Origin: Paragordius varius
Lineage: Eukaryota > Animalia > Nematomorpha
DNA: 64,000 nt
Assembly: GCA_964247055.1 (NCBI GenBank)
Contig: OZ176055.1
Location: 5,952,001-6,016,000 of the forward strand
Direction of reading: 5' to 3'
Position 1 is the first letter of the stretch; the number at the start of each line of letters is the position of its first letter. Below the pieces are notes generated by a model. The model saw nothing but the letters and a program-made list of their open reading frames with translations. It searched no databases and was not told the DNA's origin. Positions 1-14,072 of the stretch are shown one piece after another. Both the position numbers and the translations under genes were made by a program.

Positions 1-3000
1 GTAATATTATTTGATTGTTGGAAATATTATTTGATTGTTGAAAATATATGGTTGATTGTTGCAAACATTAAAATATTAATGGATAATATTATTTGATTGT
101 TGGGAATATTATTTGATTGTTGAAAATATATGGTTGATTGTTGTAAACATTAAAATGTAATTGGGTAATATTATTTGATTGTTGGAAATATTATTTGATT
201 GTTGAAAATATATGGTTGATTGTTGCAAACATTAAAATATTAATGGATAATATTATTTGATTGTTGGGAATATTATTTGATTGTTGAAAATATATGGTTG
301 ATTGTTGTAAACATTAAAATGTAATTGGATAATATTATTTGATTGTTGGAAATATTATTTGATTGTTGAAAATATATGGTTGATTGTTGCAAACATTAAA
401 ATATTAATGGATAATATTATTTGATTGTTGGAATATTAATTGATTGTTGAAAATATATGGTTGATTGTTGCAAACATTAAAATGTAATTGTAATTATTTG
501 ATTGTTGGGAATATTATTTGATTGTTGAAAATATATGGTTGATTGTTGTAAACATTAAAATATTAATGGATAATATTATTTGATTGTTGGAAATATTATT
601 TGATTGTTGAAAATATATGGTTGATTGTTGCAAACATTAAAATATTAATGGATAATATTATTTGATTGTTGGGAATATTATTTGATTGTTGAAAATATAT
701 GGTTGATTGTTGTAAACATTAAAATGTAATTGGGTAATATTATTTGATTGTTGGAAATATTATTTGATTGTTGAAAATATATGGTTGATTGTTGCAAACA
801 TTAAAATATTAATGGATAATATTATTTGATTGTTGGAATATTATTTGATTGTTGAAAATATATGGTTGATTGTTGCAAACATTAAAATATTAATGGATGA
901 TATTATTTGATTGTTGGGAATATTAATTGATTGTTGAAAATATATGGTTGATTGTTGCAAACATTAAAATGTAATTGTAATTATTTGAGTGTTGGGAATA
1001 TTATTTGATTGTTGAAAATATATGGTTGATTGTTGTAAACATTAAAATATTAATGGATAATATTATTTAATTGTTGGAAATATTATTTGATTGTTGAAAA
1101 TATATGGTTGATTGTTGCAAACATTAAAATATTAATGGATAATATTATTTGATTGTTGGGAATATTATTTGATTGTTGAAAATATATGGTTGATTGTTGT
1201 AAACATTAAAATGTAATTGGGTAATATTATTTGATTGTTGGAAATATTATTTGATTGTTGAAAATATATGGTTGATTGTTGCAAACATTAAAATATTAAT
1301 GGGTAATATTATTTGATTGTTGGGAATATTATTTGATTGTTGAAAATATATGGTTGATTGTTGTAAACATTAAAATATTAATGGATAATATTATTTGATT
1401 GTTGGGAATATTAATTGATTGTTGAAAATATATGGTTGATTGTTGCAAACATTAAAATGTAATTGTAATTATTTGATTGTTGGGAATATTATTTGATTGT
1501 TGAAAATATATGGTTGATTGTTGTAAACATTAAAATATTAATGGATAATATTATTTGATTGTTGGAAATATTATTTGATTGTTGAAAATATATGGTTGAT
1601 TGTTGTAAACATTAAAATATTAATGGATAATATTATTTGATTGTTGGGAATATTAATTGATTGTTGAAAATATATGGTTGATTGTTGCAAACATTAAAAT
1701 GTAATTGTAATTATTTGATTGTTGGGAATATTATTTGATTGTTGAAAATATATGGTTGATTGTTGTAAACATTAAAATATTAATGGATAATATTATTTGA
1801 TTGTTGGAAATATTATTTGATTGTTGAAAATATATCGTTGATTGTTGCAAACATTAAAATATTAATGGATAATATTATTTGATTGTTGGGAATATTATTT
1901 GATTGTTGAAAATATATGGTTGATTGTTGTAAACATTAAAATGTAATTGGGTAATATTATTTGATTGTTGGAAATATTATTTGATTGTTGAAAATATATG
2001 GTTGATTGTTGCAAACATTAAAATATTAATGGATAATATTATTTGATTGTTGGGAATATTATTTGATTGTTGAAAATATATGGTTGATTGTTGTAAACAT
2101 TAAAATGTAATTGGATAATATTATTTGATTGTTGGAAATATTATTTGATTGTTGAAAATATATGGTTGATTGTTGCAAACATTAAAATATTAATGGATAA
2201 TATTATTTGATTGTTGGGAATATTATTTGATTGTTGAAAATATATGGTTGATTGTTGTAAACATTAAAATGTAATTGGATAATATTATTTGATTGTTGGA
2301 AATATTATTTGATTGTTGAAAATATATGGTTGATTGTTGCAAACATTAAAATGTAATTGTAATTATTTGATTGTTGGGAATATTATTTGATTGTTGAAAA
2401 TATTTGGTTGATTGTTGTAAACATTAAAATATTAATGGATAATATTATTTGATTGTTGGAAATATTATTTGATTGTTGAAAATATATGGTTGATTGTTGC
2501 AAACATTAAAATATTAATGGATAATATTATTTGATTGTTGGGAATATTATTTGATTGTTGAAAATATATGGTTGATTGTTGTAAACATTAAAATGTAATT
2601 GGATAATATTATTTGATTGTTGGAAATATTATTTGATTGTTGAAAATATATGGTTGATTGTTGTAAACATTAAAATATTAATGGATAATATTATTTGATT
2701 GTTGGAAATATTATTTGATTGTTGAAAATATATGGTTGATTGTTGCAAACATTAAAATATTAATGGATAATATTATTTGATTGTTGGGAATATTATTTGA
2801 TTGTTGAAAATATATGGTTGATTGTTGTAAACATTAAAATATTAATGGATAATATTATTTGATTGTTGGGAATATTAATTGATTGTTGAAAATATATGGT
2901 TGATTGTTGCAAACATTAAAATATTAATGGATAATATTAAGTTGATTGTTGGAAATATTATTTGATTGTTGAAAATATATGGTTGATTGTTGCAAACATT

Positions 3001-6000
3001 AAAATATTAATGGATAATATTAAGTTGATTGTTGGAAATATTATTTGATTGTTGAAAATATATGGTTGATTGTTGCAAACATTAAAATGTAATTGTAATT
3101 ATTTGATTGTTGGGAATATTATTTGATTGTTGAAAATATTTGGTTGATTGTTGTAAACATTAAAATATTAATGGATAATATTATTTGATTGTTGGAAATA
3201 TTATTTGATTGTTGAAAATATATGGTTGATTGTTGCAAACATTAAAATATTAATGGATAATATTATTTGATTGTTGGGAATATTATTTGATTGTTGAAAA
3301 TATATGGTTGATTGTTGTAAACATTAAAATGTAATTGGATAATATTATTTGATTGTTGGAAATATTATTTGATTGTTGAAAATATATGGTTGATTGTTGT
3401 AAACATTAAAATATTAATGGATAATATTATTTGATTGTTGTAAATATTATTTGATTAGTGAAAATATATGGTTGATTGTTGCAAACATTAAAATATTAAT
3501 GGATAATATTATTTGATTGTTGGGAATATTATTTGATTGTTGAAAATATATGGTTGATTGTTGTAAACATTAAAATATTAATGGATAATATTATTTGATT
3601 GTTGGGAATATTAATTGATTGTTGAAAATATATGGTTGATTGTTGCAAACATTAAAATATTAATGGATAATATTAAGTTGATTGTTGGAAATATTATTTG
3701 ATTGTTGAAAATATATGGTTGATTGTTGCAAACATTAAAATATTAATGGATAATATTAAGTTGATTGTTGGAAATATTATTTGATTGTTGAAAATATATG
3801 GTTGATTGTTGCAAACATTAAAATGTAATTGTAATTATTTGATTGTTGGGAATATTATTTGATTGTTGAAAATATTTGGTTGATTGTTGTAAACATTAAA
3901 ATATTAATGGATAATATTATTTGATTGTTGGAAATATTATTTGATTGTTGAAAATATATGGTTGATTGTTGCAAACATTAAAATATTGATGGATAATATT
4001 ATTTGATTGTTGGGAATATTATTTGATTGTTGAAAATATATGGTTGATTGTTGTAAACATTAAAATGTAATTGGGTAATATTATTTGATTGTTGGAAATA
4101 TTATTTGATTGTTGAAAATATATGGTTGATTGTTGCAAACATTAAAAAATTAATGGATAATATTAAGTTGATTGTTGGAAATATTATTTGCTTGTTGAAA
4201 ATATATGGTTGATTGTTGCAAACATTAAAATATTAATGGATAATATTATTTGATTGTTGGGAATATTAATTGATTGTTGAAAATATATGGTTGTTTGTTG
4301 CAAACATTAAAATGTAATTGTAATTATTTGATTGTTGGGAATATTATTTGATTGTTGAAAATATATGGTTGATTGTTGTAAACATTAAAATATTAATGGA
4401 TAATATTATTTGATTGTTGGGAATATTATTTGATTGTTGAAAATATATGGTTGATTGTTGTAAACATTAAAATATTAATGGATAATATTATTTGATTGTT
4501 GGGAATATTATTTGATTGTTGAAAATATATGGTTGATTGTTGCAAACATTAAAATATTAATGGGTATTATTTTTTAATTGTTGGGAATATTATTTGATTG
4601 TTGAAAATATATGGTTGATTGTTGTAAACATTAAAATATTAATGGATAATATTATTTGATTGTTGGGAATATTATTTGATTGTTGAAAATATATGGTTGA
4701 TTGTTGTAAACATTAAAATATTAATGGATAATATTATTTGATTGTTGGGAATATTATTTGATTGTTGAAAATATATGGTTGATTGTTGTAAACATTAAAA
4801 TATTAATGGATAATATTATTTGATTGTTGGGAATATTAATTGATTGTTGAAAATATATGGTTGATTGTTGCAAACATTAAAATGTAATTGTAATTATTTG
4901 ATTGTTGGGAATATTATTTGATTGTTGAAAATATATGGTTGATTGTTGTAAACATTAAAATATTAATGGATAATATTATTTGATTGTTGGGAATATTATT
5001 TGATTGTTGAAAATATATGGTTGATTGTTGCAAACATTAAAATATTAATGGGTATTATTTTTTAATTGTTGGGAATATTATTTGATTGTTGAAAATATAT
5101 GGTTGATTGTTGTAAACATTAAAATATTAATGGATAATATTATTTGATTGTTGGGAATATTATTTGATTGTTGAAAATATATGGTTGATTGTTGCAAACA
5201 TTAAAATATTAATGGGTATTATTTTTTAATTGTTGGGAATATTATTTGATTGTTGAAAATATATGGTTGATTGTTGTAAACATTAAAATATTAATGGATA
5301 ATATTATTTATTGTTGGGAATATTATTTGATTGTTGAAAATATATGGTTGATTGTTGTAAACATTAAAATATTAATGGATAATATTTTTTAATTGTTGGG
5401 AATATTATTTGATTGTTGAAAATATATGGTTGATTGTTGTAAACATTAAAATATTAATGGATAATATTATTTGATTGTTGTGAATATTATTTGATTGTTG
5501 AAAATATATGGTTGATTGTTGCAAACATTAAAATGTAATTGTAATTATTTGATTGTTGGGAATATTATTTGATTGTTGAAAATATATGGTTGATTGTTGT
5601 AAACATTAAAATATTAATGGATATATTATTTGATTGTTGGGAATATTATTTGATTGTTGAAAATATATGGTTGATTGTTGTAAACATTAAAATATTAATG
5701 GATAATATTATTTGATTGTTGGGAATATTATTTGATTGTTGAAAATATATGGTTGATTGTTGCAAACATTAAAATATTAATGGATAATATTATTTGATTG
5801 TTGGAAATATTATTTGATTGTTGAAAATATATGGTTGATTGTTGTAAACATTAAAATATTAATGGATAATATTATTTGATTGTTGGAAATATTATTTGAT
5901 TGTTGAAAATATATGGTTGATTGTTGCAAACATTAAAATATTAATGGATAATATTATTTGATTGTTGGGAATATTATTTGAATGTTGAAAATAAATGGTT

Positions 6001-9000
6001 GATTGTTGCAAACATTAAAATGTTAATGGGTAATATTATTTGATTGTTGGAAATATTATTTGATTGTTGAAAATATATGGTTGATTGTTGTAAACATTAA
6101 AATATTAATGGATAATATTATTTGATTGTTGGAAATATTATTTGATTGTTGAAAATATATGGTTGATTGTTGTAAACATTAAAATATTAATGGATAATAT
6201 TTTTTAATTGTTGGGAATATTATTTGATTGTTGAAAATATATGGTTGATTGTTGTAAACATTAAAATGTAATTGGGTAATATTATTTGATTGTTGGAAAT
6301 ATTATTTGATTGTTGAAAATATATGGTTGATTGTTGCAAACATTAAAATATTAATGGATAATATTATTTGATTGTTGGGAATATTATTTGATTGTTGAAA
6401 ATATATGGTTGATTGTTGCAAACATTAAAATATTAATGGATAATATTATTTGATTGTTGGGAATATTATTTGATTGTTGAAAATATATGGTTGATTGTTG
6501 CAAACATTAAAATATTAATGGATAATATTATTTGATTGTTGGGAATATTATTTGATTGTTGAAAATATATGGTTGATTGTTGCAAACATTAAAATATTAA
6601 TGGGTATTATTTTTTAATTGTTGGGAATATTATTTGATTGTTGAAAATATATGGTTGATTGTTGTAAACATTAAAATATTAATGGATAATATTATTTATT
6701 GTTGGGAATATTATTTGATTGTTGAAAATATATGGTTGATTGTTGTAAACATTAAAATATTAATGGATAATATTTTTTAATTGTTGGGAATATTATTTGA
6801 TTGTTGAAAATATATGGTTGATTGTTGTAAACATTAAAATATTAATGGATAATATTATTTGATTGTTGTGAATATTATTTGATTGTTGAAAATATATGGT
6901 TGATTGTTGCAAACATTAAAATGTAATTGTAATTATTTGATTGTTGGGAATATTATTTGAATGTTGAAAATATATGGTTGATTGTTGCAAACATTAAAAT
7001 ATTAATGGATAATATTATTTGATTGTTGGAAATATTATTTGATTGTTGAAAATATATGGTTGATTGTTGTAAACATTAAAATATTAATGGATAATATTAT
7101 TTGATTGTTGGAAATATTATTTGATTGTTGAAAATATATGGTTGATTGTTGTAAACATTAAAATATTAATGGATAATATTTTTTAATTGTTGGGAATATT
7201 ATTTGATTGTTGAAAATATATGGTTGATTGTTGTAAACATTAAAATGTAATTGGGTAATATTATTTGATTGTTGGAAATATTATTTGATTGTTGAAAATA
7301 TATGGTTGATTGTTGCAAACATTAAAATATTAATGGATAATATTATTTGATTGTTGGGAATATTATTTGATTGTTGAAAATATATGGTTGATTGTTGCAA
7401 ACATTAAAATATTAATGGATAATATTATTTGATTGTTGGGAATATTATTTGATTGTTGAAAATATATGGTTGATTGTTGCAAACATTAAAATATTAATGG
7501 ATAATATTATTTGATTGTTGGGAATATTATTTGATTGTTGAAAATATATGGTTGATTGTTGCAAACATTAAAATATTAATGGATAATATTATTTGATTGT
7601 TGGGAATATTATTTGATTGTTGAAAATATATGGTTGATTGTTGCAAACATTAAAATATTAATGGATAATATTATTTGATTGTTGGGAATATTATTTGATT
7701 GTTGAAAATATATGGTTGATTGTTGTAAACATTAAAATGTAATTGGGTAATATTATTTGATTGTTGAAAATATATGGTTGATTGTTGTAAACATTAAAAT
7801 GTAATTGGGTAATATTATTTGATTGTTGGAATATTATTTGATTGTTGAAAATATATGGTTGATTGTTGCAAACATTAAAATATTAATGGGTAATATTATT
7901 TGATTGTTGGAAATATATGGTTGATTGTTGTAAACATTAAAATGTAATTGGGTAATATTATTTGATTGTTGGAATATTATTTGATTGTTGAAAATATATG
8001 GTTGATTGTTGCAAACATTAAAATATTAATGGGTAATATTATTTGATTGTTGAAAATATATGGTTGATTGTTGCAAACATTAAAATGTAATTGGGTAATA
8101 TTATTTGATTGTTGGAATATTATTTGATTGTTGAAAATATATGGTTGATTGTTGCAAACATTAAAATATTAATGGGTAATATTATTTGATTGTTGGGAAT
8201 ATTATTTGATTGTTGAAAATATATGGTTGATTGTTGTAAACATTAAAATGTAATTGGGTAATATTATTTGATTGTTGAAAATATATGGTTGATTGTTGTA
8301 AACATTAAAATGTAATTGGGTAATATTATTTGATTGTTGGAATATTATTTGATTGTTGAAAATATATGGTTGATTGTTGCAAACATTAAAATATTAATGG
8401 GTAATATTATTTGATTGTTGAAAATATATGGTTGATTGTTGCAAACATTAAAATGTAATTGGGTAATATTATTTGATTGTTGGAAATATTATTTGATTGT
8501 TAAAAATATATGGTTGATTGTTGCAAACCTTAAAATATTAATGGGTAATATTATTTAAATGTTGGGAATATTATTTGATTGTTGAAAATATATGGTTGAT
8601 TGTTGCAAACATTAAAATGTAATTGGGTAATATTATTTGATTGTTGGAAATATTATTTGATTGTTGAAAATATATGGTTGATTGTTGCAAACATTAAAAT
8701 GTAATTGGGTAATATTATTTGATTGTTGGGAATATTATTTGATTGTTGAAAATATATGGTTGATTGTTGCAAACCTTCAAATATTAATGGGTAATATTAT
8801 TTGATTGTTGGGAATATTATTTGATTGTTGAAAATATATGGTTGATTGTTGCAAACATTAAAATGTAATTGGGTAATATTATTTGATTGTTGTGAATATT
8901 ATTTGATTGTTGAAAATATATGGTTGATTGTTGTAAACATTAACATGTAATTGGGTAATATTATTTGATTGTTGGGAATATTATTTGATTGTTGAAAATA

Positions 9001-11925
9001 TATGGTTGATTGTTGCAAACATTAAAATGTAATTGGGTAATATTATTTGATTGTTGGGAATATTATTTGATTGTTGAAAATATATGGTTGATTGTTGTAA
9101 ACATTAACATGTAATTGGGTAATATTATTTGATTGTTGAGAATATTATTTGATTGTTGAAAATATATGGTTGATTGTTGCAAACATTAAAATGTAATTGG
9201 GTAATATTATTTGATTGTTGGGAATATTATTTGATTGTTGAAAATATATGGTTGATTGTTGTAAACATTAACATGTAATTGGGTAATATTATTTGATTGT
9301 TGGGAATATTATTTGATTGTTGAAAATATATGGTTGATTGTTGCAAACATTAAAATGTAATTGGGTAATATTATTTGATTGTTGTGAATATTATTTGATT
9401 GTTGAAAATATATGGTTAATTGTTGAATACATTAAAATATTAATGGGTAATATTATTTGATTGTTGGGAATATTATTTGATTGTTGAAAATATATGGTTG
9501 ATTGTTGCAAACATTAAAATATTAATGGGTAATATTATTTGATTGTTGGGAATATTATTTGATTGTTGAAAATATATGGTTGATTGTTGTAAACATTAAA
9601 ATGTAATTGGGTAATATTATTTGATTGTTGGGAATATTATTTGATTGTTGAAAATATATGGTTGATTGTTGTAAACATTAACATGTAATTGGGTAATATT
9701 ATTTGATTGTTGGGAATATTATTTGATTGTTGAAAATATATGGTTGATTGTTGCAAACATTAAAATGTAATTGGGTAATATTATTTGATTGTTGGGAATA
9801 TTATTTGATTGTTGAAAATATATGGTTGATTGTTGCAAACATTAAAATGTAATTGGGTAATATTATTTGATTGTTGTGAATATTATTTGATTGTTGAAAA
9901 TATATGGTTGATTGTTGTAAACATTAACATGTAATTGGGTAATATTATTTGATTGTTGGGAATATTATTTGATTGTTGAAAATATATGGTTGATTGTTGC
10001 AAACATTAAAATGTAATTGGGTAATATTATTTGATTGTTGGGAATATTATTTGATTGTTGAAAATATATGGTTGATTGTTGTAAACATTAACATGTAATT
10101 GGGTAATATTATTTGATTGTTGAGAATATTATTTGATTGTTGAAAATATATGGTTGATTGTTGCAAACATTAAAATGTAATTGGGTAATATTATTTGATT
10201 GTTGGGAATATTATTTGATTGTTGAAAATATATGGTTGATTGTTGTAAACATTAACATGTAATTGGGTAATATTATTTGATTGTTGGGAATATTATTTGA
10301 TTGTTGAAAATATATGGTTGATTGTTGCAAACATTAAAATGTAATTGGGTAATAATATTTAATTGTTAAGGAATATTATTTGATTGTTGATGGATGATTG
10401 TTGTAAACATTAAAATGTTAATGGGTAATATTATTTAATTTTTGGGAATATAATTTGATTGTTGAAAATATATGGTTGATTGTTGTAAACATTAAAATGT
10501 AATTGGGTAATATTATTTGATTGTTAGGAATATTATTTGATTGTTGAAAATAAATGGTTGATTGTTGTAAACATTATAATGTAATTGGGTAATATTATTT
10601 GATTGTTGAGAATATTATTTGATTGTTGAAAATATATGGTTGATTGTTGTAAACATTAACATGTAATTGGGTAATATTATTTGATTGTTGGGAATATTAT
10701 TTGATTGTTGAAAATATATGGTTGATTGTTGCAAACATTAAAATGTAATTGGGTAATAATATTTAATTGTTAAGGAATATTATTTGATTGTTGATGGATG
10801 ATTGTTGTAAACATTAAAATGTTAATGGGTAATATTATTTAATTTTTGGGAATATAATTTGATTGTTGAAAATATATGGTTGATTGTTGTAAACATTAAA
10901 ATGTAATTGGGTAATATTATTTGATTGTTAGGAATATTATTTGATTGTTGAAAATAAATGGTTGATTGTTGTAAACATTAACATGTAATTGGGTAATATT
11001 ATTTGATTGTTGGGAATATTATTTGATTGTTGAAAATATATGGTTGATTGTTGCAAACATTAAAATGTAATTGGGTAATAATATTTAATTGTTAAGGAAT
11101 ATTATTTGATTGTTGATGGATGATTGTTGTAAACATTAAAATGTTAATGGGTAATATTATTTAATTTTTGGGAATATAATTTGATTGTTGAAAATATATG
11201 GTTGATTGTTGTAAACATTAAAATGTAATTGGGTAATATTATTTGATTGTTAGGAATATTATTTGATTGTTGAAAATAAATGGTTGATTGTTGTAAACAT
11301 TATAATGTAATTGGGTAATATTATTTGATTGTTGAGAATATTATTTGATTGTTGAAAATATATGGTTGATTGTTGTAAACATTAAAATATTAATGAGTAA
11401 TATTATTTGATTGTTGGGAATATTATTTGATTGTTGAAAATATATCGTTGATTGTTGTAAACATTATAATATAATTGGGTAATATTATTTGATTGTTGAA
11501 TATATGGTTGATTGTTGCAAACATTAAAATGAATTTGGGTAATATTATTTGATTGTTAATAATATTATTTGATTGTTGAAAATATATCGTTGATTGTTGT
11601 AAACATTATAATATAATTAAGTAATATTATTTGATTGTTGGGAATATTATTTGATTGTTGAAAATATATGGTTGATTGTTGTAAACATTATAATGTAATT
11701 GGGTAATATTATTTGATTGTTGGGAATATTATAGGATTGTTGAAAATATATGGTTGATTGTTGTAATCATTATAATATAATTGGGTAATATTATTTGATT
11801 GTTGGTAATATTATTGGATTGTTGAAAATATATGGTTGATTGTTGGAAACATTAAAATATTATTGGGTAATATTATTTGATTGTTGACAATAATATTTGA
11901 TTGTTGGAAATATATTGTTATTTGT
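1..11925. repeat. Tandem satellite array, 82-bp monomer (~145 copies in window; begins mid-array at window start)
   Basis: G(C/T)AAACATT recurs at 61, 143, etc. (period 82). The monomer is three ~20-bp subunits around TTGATTGTTG plus one ~22-bp AT-rich subunit. Length variants of about 62, 76, 78 and 83 bp occur. Copies decay from ~11.4 kb and end near 11925. No unique spacers. Confidence 0.98.
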
Positions 11926-13192
11926 TATAAAAAAAAACTTATTCACCAATCAATTATACTAGATTGACCAAGCCATCTATTTATATTCCATTCATTTGGC
12001 CCCTATCAGGTCTAATGCTTTTCAAAACATAGGTTTTTAAGAAAAATATATTCAATTAAAAAATGATAATTTTCTATCATATTTAACACTGCGTCAAAAA
12101 TCGGGGGGTGTAAAAAATAGCCTTGTGAATTTTTTTGTATGATAATGTATCGGAATTATACGCTACTTTAGCTTATAACCCTTACGAGTGATTTAAAAAA
12201 TTTAACTTTTGCTGTAGGTGTTCCACGAAAAATGCTTAAATTTGTGCCCATATTTTTTGGTGAAAGCTAGAGGTCATTTCAAAAACTATCACTAAAATAT
12301 ATCATAAAGTACATATAAAAAGGAAAAAAAAATTTTTCAAAAAATATTATTTCTTAGATGTGGGCTCCGAAAGTACCAAATCTTCTCGCTTTAATAAAAT
12401 GGGTTAGTTCTCATAAAATAAATTCAAAAATGCCGGGATTGCCCAAATTTTTTATAATTATATGCTTAATTTTGATATAACTAAATATATTTTTTAAAAA
12501 TGTATACCTTTTTTAAGTTTTAATTTTAAGCATAATTTAATGATGCACTACTTTTCTATCACCTCAGAATTTTGATAAAAATATTGTCCCGTTACCAAAT
12601 AATAGTAATATAAATTGTGTTTTTACAAAAATTTTCTAAAATTTTATAACAAGCAAACGTTTAAATTAAATTTTCAGCATTAAGAATTATATGAAAAAAG
12701 TTTTTTTATAATATCTTCTAGTGTTTTTAAAACGTTTTCATCCTACCTCGAAATAGTATGAAGTACACTTCAAAAAAATTTTGCTAAAAATTTAGTTTAT
12801 GAAAAAAGTATGCTTTTCTTAAAATAACTTTCTTTGATATTTAAAATTTAGCATTCATTCTTAATTTTTATCACTCAATCCAAGGTATTTTTGCCTATAT
12901 GATAATAAAATAGCCCATTTATGAAAAGCAAAATTTGGGAGTTTTGACCTCACATCTAAAAATTAGAATGTTTTTAAATATTGTTTGGCTTTTAATATAT
13001 AGTATCATAAATTTCAGTTATATTTTTTGGAATGAAGCCCCTTTTACCAAAAAAAATTTTATTTATCAAAATGCGCCGCCCAAATTTTGCCATTTGATAT
13101 TGAGGAGTTACAACAAAAATGTTTATAAATTTTTTTTTCACTCGTAAAGATCAAAAAAGCACCATATTAATCCTGATTTGTTTTTTATCAGA

Positions 13193-13225
<33 letters not shown>

Positions 13226-14072
13226 TTATTAGGATATTTATATATTCCCTCCCTATTTTGGATGCAGTATAATATAATAAATATTGGCCAACATTTTTTA
13301 AAATTAAATTTTCTAAATAAGTTAGGACGCTGATAGCCTAAACTTAAAAGGGGAGTTTGAATATTCACATGGGTGACATTAATATGGGTAATTACGACCA
13401 CTAATGGCTAATCCTTTTGTGAAATATGTTTATATTTTTCATCTCCATTTCCTTGGTTTTCTACAATTTTTTTGTTTCATCTCTTACTTACGTTCCTACT
13501 TTAACATGGATTAATTAATTTAATCTAATTACTTTATTAATCTTTCATATAAGCCAGTTAAGGCATATATATTTATTGCCCCTAACAGTGGTAAAAATAA
13601 GTTTAAGTGCAATGATTTATGCCACCAGCAAACCAAATATTATGCAATGAATATTACCTTGGATATAAAACAATATGCCAACATAGAAGAAAGATTTATT
13701 AATAGGGATTTTATACATATCATTACCTTCTCAATATTTATAAAAAATCAGAATTTAAAATTAGTTTAAATGACCATGGAATACATATTTATTTGGCTTA
13801 ATATCTTATTTACTTTTTAATTTTATATTTGATGCCATAAAGAAAATTATACCAAAAAGTAATGAAGAGATAACATTTAGGTTTTAGGACTAATATATAT
13901 TTTTTATTTATAATGTGGTTAATCTATTCGGTCCATAAATTATTTTATTATAAATAGAAAAGTATAAATAATTTTTTACTCAACGGTTTTTATTATCATA
14001 TCATATGCTTCACATTTTTTAATTATCACCAAAGCTCACGCTTCTTAATGCATTTATAATTTTTCTACACCT

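Noticed and set aside
1-11925. CRISPR array, coding repeat or telomere
   Set aside because: There are no unique spacers or cas genes and the context is eukaryotic. No ORF of 60 aa or more is reported. The plus strand is G/T-rich, the wrong polarity for a telomere at this end, and the unit is not a short telomeric motif.
11941-11956. Short inverted satellite-like motif just past the array end
   Set aside because: About 16 nt with a mismatch in AT-rich DNA is compatible with chance.
13138-13800. Possible minus-strand gene head-to-head with spectrin
   Set aside because: Short hydrophobic frames and one strong donor exist, but I found no recognisable family and no consistent exon chain. RNA-seq is needed.
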